NCBI RefSeq assembly: GCF_048593235.1
Contig: NC_133617.1
Span: 705,974,958-706,038,957, forward strand
DNA: 64,000 bases
DNA from: Sminthopsis crassicaudata
Taxonomy: Eukaryota
Reading direction: 5' to 3'
This document shows positions 53,421-64,000 of this stretch, one piece after another; within the stretch, counting starts at the first letter, position 1; the number at the start of each line of letters is the position of its first letter. Made by a program: the position numbers and the translations under genes. The notes under the pieces are model-generated. The model did no database searches. It was not told the DNA's origin and worked only from the letters and a program-made list of their open reading frames with translations.

Positions 53421-56400
53421 TCTTGCAGAGCTGTTTGGAAGTCTTAAAGTGCTCTGCAAGCCTGAAAGAGGAATACAGACTAACCGGTTTGTCCCATCTA
53501 TGCCTTGTTTTTGTACATAATTGTCTGCAAGTTCCATGAGAGCAGACACTTGGACTTTCTATGACTCCCAGCACTGATACAGTAGGTGCTTAATAAAGGC
53601 TTCCTCACTGGCTTAGGGAGGAAGGAAGAAGGGGAGTGGATATGAACAGGACACCTGGGGATGGGATTTTCAATGAAATGGGAATTAGTGTAGAAAAATG
53701 GTTAAAAACTGGAATTGGAAAGATTTTGGGGAGATCATCCCTTTGCAACAGGGTAAAATGAACTGCACTAAGTGGGGTGGATTTGCCAAACAGATTGCCT
53801 TTGATTAAGGAAGGGCCAGTAGGACGGGAGAAGCTGGATTTGGGGTGCTGGAGATGAGTGGTTCTTGGAGGAGGGAGGTGCTAGAAAATTGGGGCTTCAG
53901 TGCTGCTGGTTACACAACCCAGGCTGTGAGGTCCAACGGGGGCCCATGAGCACCATCTGGTCTGGGGCATGTTTGGAAAGACTTTTCCAAGGGCAGTTTG
54001 GATTGGAGGGAGGGAGATAGGGAGTTATGAAGACATTACAGTGGCTGAAGTATGGGATACAGTCTCCAGGACAACATTTACTTCCCTGCTTCAGAGAGAG
54101 ATTCAAGATTGGAGGCAGTGAAGACTGCAGTCCCCTCTCAGAACTTAATAGAAAGTCTTTTTTTATTGCGACGGCTGAAGTGATTACCACGAGATCAGAT
54201 TCATGATGATGGATCTCTCTGAATTTTGCTTATTGAACTTGCTTGTTTGACTTTACAACATTAAGAAGAAAAAAAGTGGTGTTTTTTTCTTGTTTTTGAT
54301 TTTTACTCAGTCAGAAAGCTGAACACTGCGTTTTACCAAATGAACGAGGTTTCTTTAAGCTGCCTGCTGGACAGCTCCGTCTGGATGTGTGGTAGGCATC
54401 AGTCCAACTGAACTAGATTATTCAGCAAGTAGAGCACTTGGGACTGATGTCAGGAAGATCCGAGGTGAAGCATGGCCCAAGGTCTTCACTAGTTGCCTGC
54501 CTCAGTTTCCATATTTGTAAAATGGGAATAATAAGAGCATCAAGTACTTACCTCTCGGAGACATTGAAATGAGATATGTGTAAAGTATTTTGCAGACCCT
54601 AAAGTGCTATAGAAATGAGAACTATTATTATTGTTAGGATTCTTACAAGGTGCTGAGTCACTGGAATGAATAGAGACAATAATTATCTCATGGTTCAGTA
54701 TGATTGATCTGACCCTACAAGGAGATGTTATGGGCCAGAACTTGAAACAAGGTACTGAGTGGAATGGAGGAGACAATGGTTAAATCTAGTTTAGCATTGA
54801 TTTAATCCTACAACAAATAATGGTTTCCTAGTGATGAAATGATTGGTGTGTGCTCAGTGGGCAGCATACAAGCAAGAGCCTCTCAGGGCCGAGGAGGACT
54901 TTGGGGAAACTTCTCGGGAGATTCAGAGTGAAGATTCATTCCCACTTCAACCTTCGTGCTGGCTGGAGACACAAGGACAAGAGCTCTCAGGAACGAAGGA
55001 GAAAGATAGGTATTTATTAAGCACGTACTGTATGCCAAATACTGTGCTAAGCCTCTGAGATACAAAAAAGAAGCAAAAACAAGACAAAACTTCCTGTCCT
55101 TGAGGACAGGGGTGGATGAGCAATCTGCAAATAACCATGTACTTAACAAGATTATACAGAATACATGATAGATAATCTGAAGGAAGAGGGCACTGACTGA
55201 TGAGGAGCTGTGAATCTCCTGTAGAAGGTGGGATTTCAGCTGTCTCAAAAGAAGCCATAGAAAGTTAGAGGCAGAGGTAGGAGGGAGAGCCTTCCAGGCA
55301 TGTGGAGACCAGGCAATCCCAAGGCCCGGGGGCGGAAGGCCCTGGTACCTAGATCATCAGTGGAGGGGAGTCAGATGTAAGACAACTAGAAAGGTAGGAA
55401 GGGGTTTGAAGACCTAACAGAAGACTTGATATTTGATCCTAGAGGGAAGAAGTGTAATAAAAGTTGCTGAGTTTTGTTGAATAGGTGAGTGATTTGGGCA
55501 GATGTGCTAGGTGGCTTACAGATAAAATTATAGACTGGGATTCGGAAGGAAAGGAGTTTAGATTCTGCTGTAGCCACTTAAGAGCTGTATAACTCTGGTC
55601 AAGTCATTTATCCTTGGTCCGCTTCAGTTTCCTCCTTTGTAAAACAAGGTTTATAAAAATAGCATTTACTTGACACGGTTGTTGTATTAAATGAGATCTA
55701 TGTATAAAGAGCTTTGCAAACCATAAAGTGCTATGTGAATGCTAGTTATAATTATCATTATCATTGTTATCATTATGCTTCAGAAAGGTCTCTCACTATG
55801 TTCAGAACTGAACTGAATATTCCCTTTTGACCCTTTCCTTTCTCCCCACTTAATTATTTCTATCCCAGTTTCTCCATTTCATTGTCCCCTACACCCTATA
55901 TCCAGTCAACTGCCCACACTGTCAGTTTTACCTCCACAATGTGCATCCCCCTTTAACCCTTCTTTTGACTCTTTGAATCATCACTTTAGTTCAAGCCTTT
56001 CTCACCACCTGCTTGGACTAATCACCTCTCCTTTGGTTTTCTTATTTCCAAGCTCTTTCTTCCTCCAGTCCACCCTCCATATTTCCCCAGAGTAATTTTC
56101 CTAAAGCATAGTAATGACCATGTCCCTTCTCTGCTTTTGTTCAACTTTTGGAGCTTCACAACATGGCTCCATCCTAACCTTCCAGACTTTTCACAACATT
56201 TCACTTTATGCATTCAGCACGCAGAAATCTGCATTCCTTCTCTTGTCCCTGACTGATACAGGCTCTCCTTCATGTCCTAGAATGTCTTTTTTCTTGTTCT
56301 TTTTCGCCTCATGCTTTTATGTTTATATATCGGTCTGCGTGCGTGTCCCCAGAAAAATGGGAACTTCTTGAGCACAGGGACTATTCATTTTGGCTGTATA

Positions 56401-57285
56401 TCTCCTGTATATCAGCCATTCTTGTTGTTGAGTAGGAAAAGAAGTAGGGGAGTCCCCTAGGTCTTGTGGTTGCAACTATCCCTTGTAGTTTTGCTGTGCT
56501 TGGGAACCTAGCCCCTGGGGTCAGCCCGTAGGCTGTATGTTTATTCCTCCCCCTTATTGTCCCATCTTCACTGCCCAGAAAGTTCATTTGAACTTAATGA
56601 AATGTGTATATGTGTATGTAATGGGAGAGGAGGCAGGGATCAGTACATATCCGAAATAACCTGTGCTATTAAATGGCCCCATTTACTCAGCTTGCTCCTT
56701 CTGATTGCTGGTTCTGTTTGGGTTGTGGTTAGGAACATCCCCAGCCCCCTCTTCCATTCCCATTTCTAACCTTGTTATTCCTTCCGGTCCTGTCCCCACC
56801 CCCCACATCGAATCCATAGGGGCCAGACCAATTCATTTCTTAGAACCTACTAAAAGTGGGTTCCTACTTTTGGGTGGCTAAGCCTTATAAAGCAAGAGGA
56901 ATGGGATGGAGAAGATGGTGGGGCAGAAGTGATCTCTGAGTTTTTTTGGAGCTAATGGGGGCTAGACTTAGGTACCAATTTGCAGCTTGAAGGAAGAGGA
57001 AACATCCTGCTTCACATGTCAGCTAGAGAAAAATAATTGACAATTCTTCTCCCCTAGGGAATCTGGGGTCTTTATGATTTTTCAGAATGAGGCCTGTGTT
57101 TTTTTTATTCTAATCCTCATCTCTCCTTAGCTCCCAATTCCCAAAGAAACTTGATCTCTCCTTCCCAGCTTGCCATCTGATAATTCAGGCAATAGCGACT
57201 GCTGCAACGCTTAAGTGCTCAGCCTTCCCGGGACCCTTCCCCTGCCCACTGAGCTTATGAGACAGGTGTGAGGGTAAAGCTCAGC

Positions 57286-57291
57286 TTTATT
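57286..57291 (-). terminator. Probable CPNE9 polyadenylation signal
   Basis: AATAAA on the minus strand ~270 nt after the CPNE9 stop. Confidence 0.65.
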
Positions 57292-57563
57292 ATTGGCATG
57301 AGAACTTGGTGGAAGCTGGACTGATGGGGGAGTCCAATGGAGGGCACCAGACCCTTCCTGCTTGTTACGAGTTGGGGGTGGGGGAGGGGATGGCATGCCT
57401 TTCTTGGTCAGCCCACCGAAGGCAGGGGTCTCTGAGGACAGCTTGATATGGGGCTGCCCCTTTCACTTTCAGCTCTGGGATCTGGAGCCGGGCCCAGCCC
57501 AGCTCAACCCAGCCTTCTTGGTGACTACGAGGCAGGAAGCGATAGGGTGACCAGGCCAGCCTC

Positions 57564-63486
<5,923 letters not shown>

Positions 63487-63559
63487 CTGTAGAAGGGACA
63501 TAAAAGTCAAGGGCTAATTGTACACTTATTTCAAAGTCCAATTCTTTTTGTACAGCAAA

Positions 63560-63736
63560 ACAACTGTTTGGACATGTATACATATATTGTATTTAATTTA
63601 TACTCTAACATATTTAACATGTATTGGTCAACCTGCCATCTGGGGGGGAGAAGGAGGGGAAAAATTAGAACAAAAGGTTTGGCTATTGTCAATGTTGTAA
63701 AATTACCCATGCATATATCTGGTAAATAAAAACTAT
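63560..63736 (+). mobile_element. L1 3' end (young dasyurid-like type)
   Basis: ...GAACAAAAGGTTTGGCTATTGTCAATGTTGTAAAATTACCCATGCATATATCTGGTAAATAAAAACTAT. Confidence 0.7.
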
Positions 63737-63756
63737 AGATAGATAGATAGATAGAT

Positions 63757-63792
<36 letters not shown>

Positions 63793-63795
63793 TAG
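63737..63795. repeat. (GATA)n tetranucleotide microsatellite
   Basis: About 14 GATA units with one GAT interruption, read directly. Confidence 0.95.
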
Positions 63796-64000
63796 TCAAG
63801 GGCAACGTGAAGTATGTTTGTGTTCTCAGGGCTTGAAAGGGCAGAAAGAGTAAAAAGTGAAAAGGACTGAGGAACAGCACCCCTTCGGAAGAGGAAGTTA
63901 ATATTGAGGTGTTCTATTTCCTGAAGGAAACACTTGACTGATGGTGTCTAACCACTAGTTTTTTCAAGTTGGGACACTCCCAACAGTTGTGAGCTTTTAG

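Noticed and set aside
52353-53549. 398-aa ORF and overlapping 200-310-aa ORFs at the BRPF1 promoter
   Set aside because: Low-complexity Pro/Arg/Gly/Ala products in all frames, as expected in a stop-poor CpG island. Most start with non-ATG codons and none has a recognisable domain.

Overview
Eukaryotic, intron-containing mammalian DNA. The WSINE1/MAR1-type CORE-SINEs and the L1 3' ends suggest a marsupial, probably a dasyurid (inference). The block is syntenic with human 3p25.3. In order it holds ARPC4 (-, exons 1-4, runs off the left edge), TADA3 (+, complete, 432 aa), a 5'-truncated class I ERV (-, RNaseH end-integrase-env-3'LTR), CAMK1 (+, complete, 370 aa), OGG1 (-, complete, 343 aa, very compact), BRPF1 (-, complete, ~1233 aa) and CPNE9 (-, last 15 coding exons, runs off the right edge). 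All exons were delimited by hand from GT/AG sites and reading phase. There is no rRNA, tRNA or CRISPR, and no new multi-gene system is supported. The most unusual items are: a partial duplicate of CAMK1 exon 3 that could act as an in-frame 75-nt pseudo-exon; a shifted BRPF1 exon-4 donor adding 13 aa; an OGG1 lacking the first 10 eutherian residues; a BRPF1 uORF/start-stop element; an ERV3/HERV-I-like env remnant; and a 37-bp G-rich VNTR at the TADA3 5' end. Comparisons with human and mouse proteins are from recalled sequences, not database searches.
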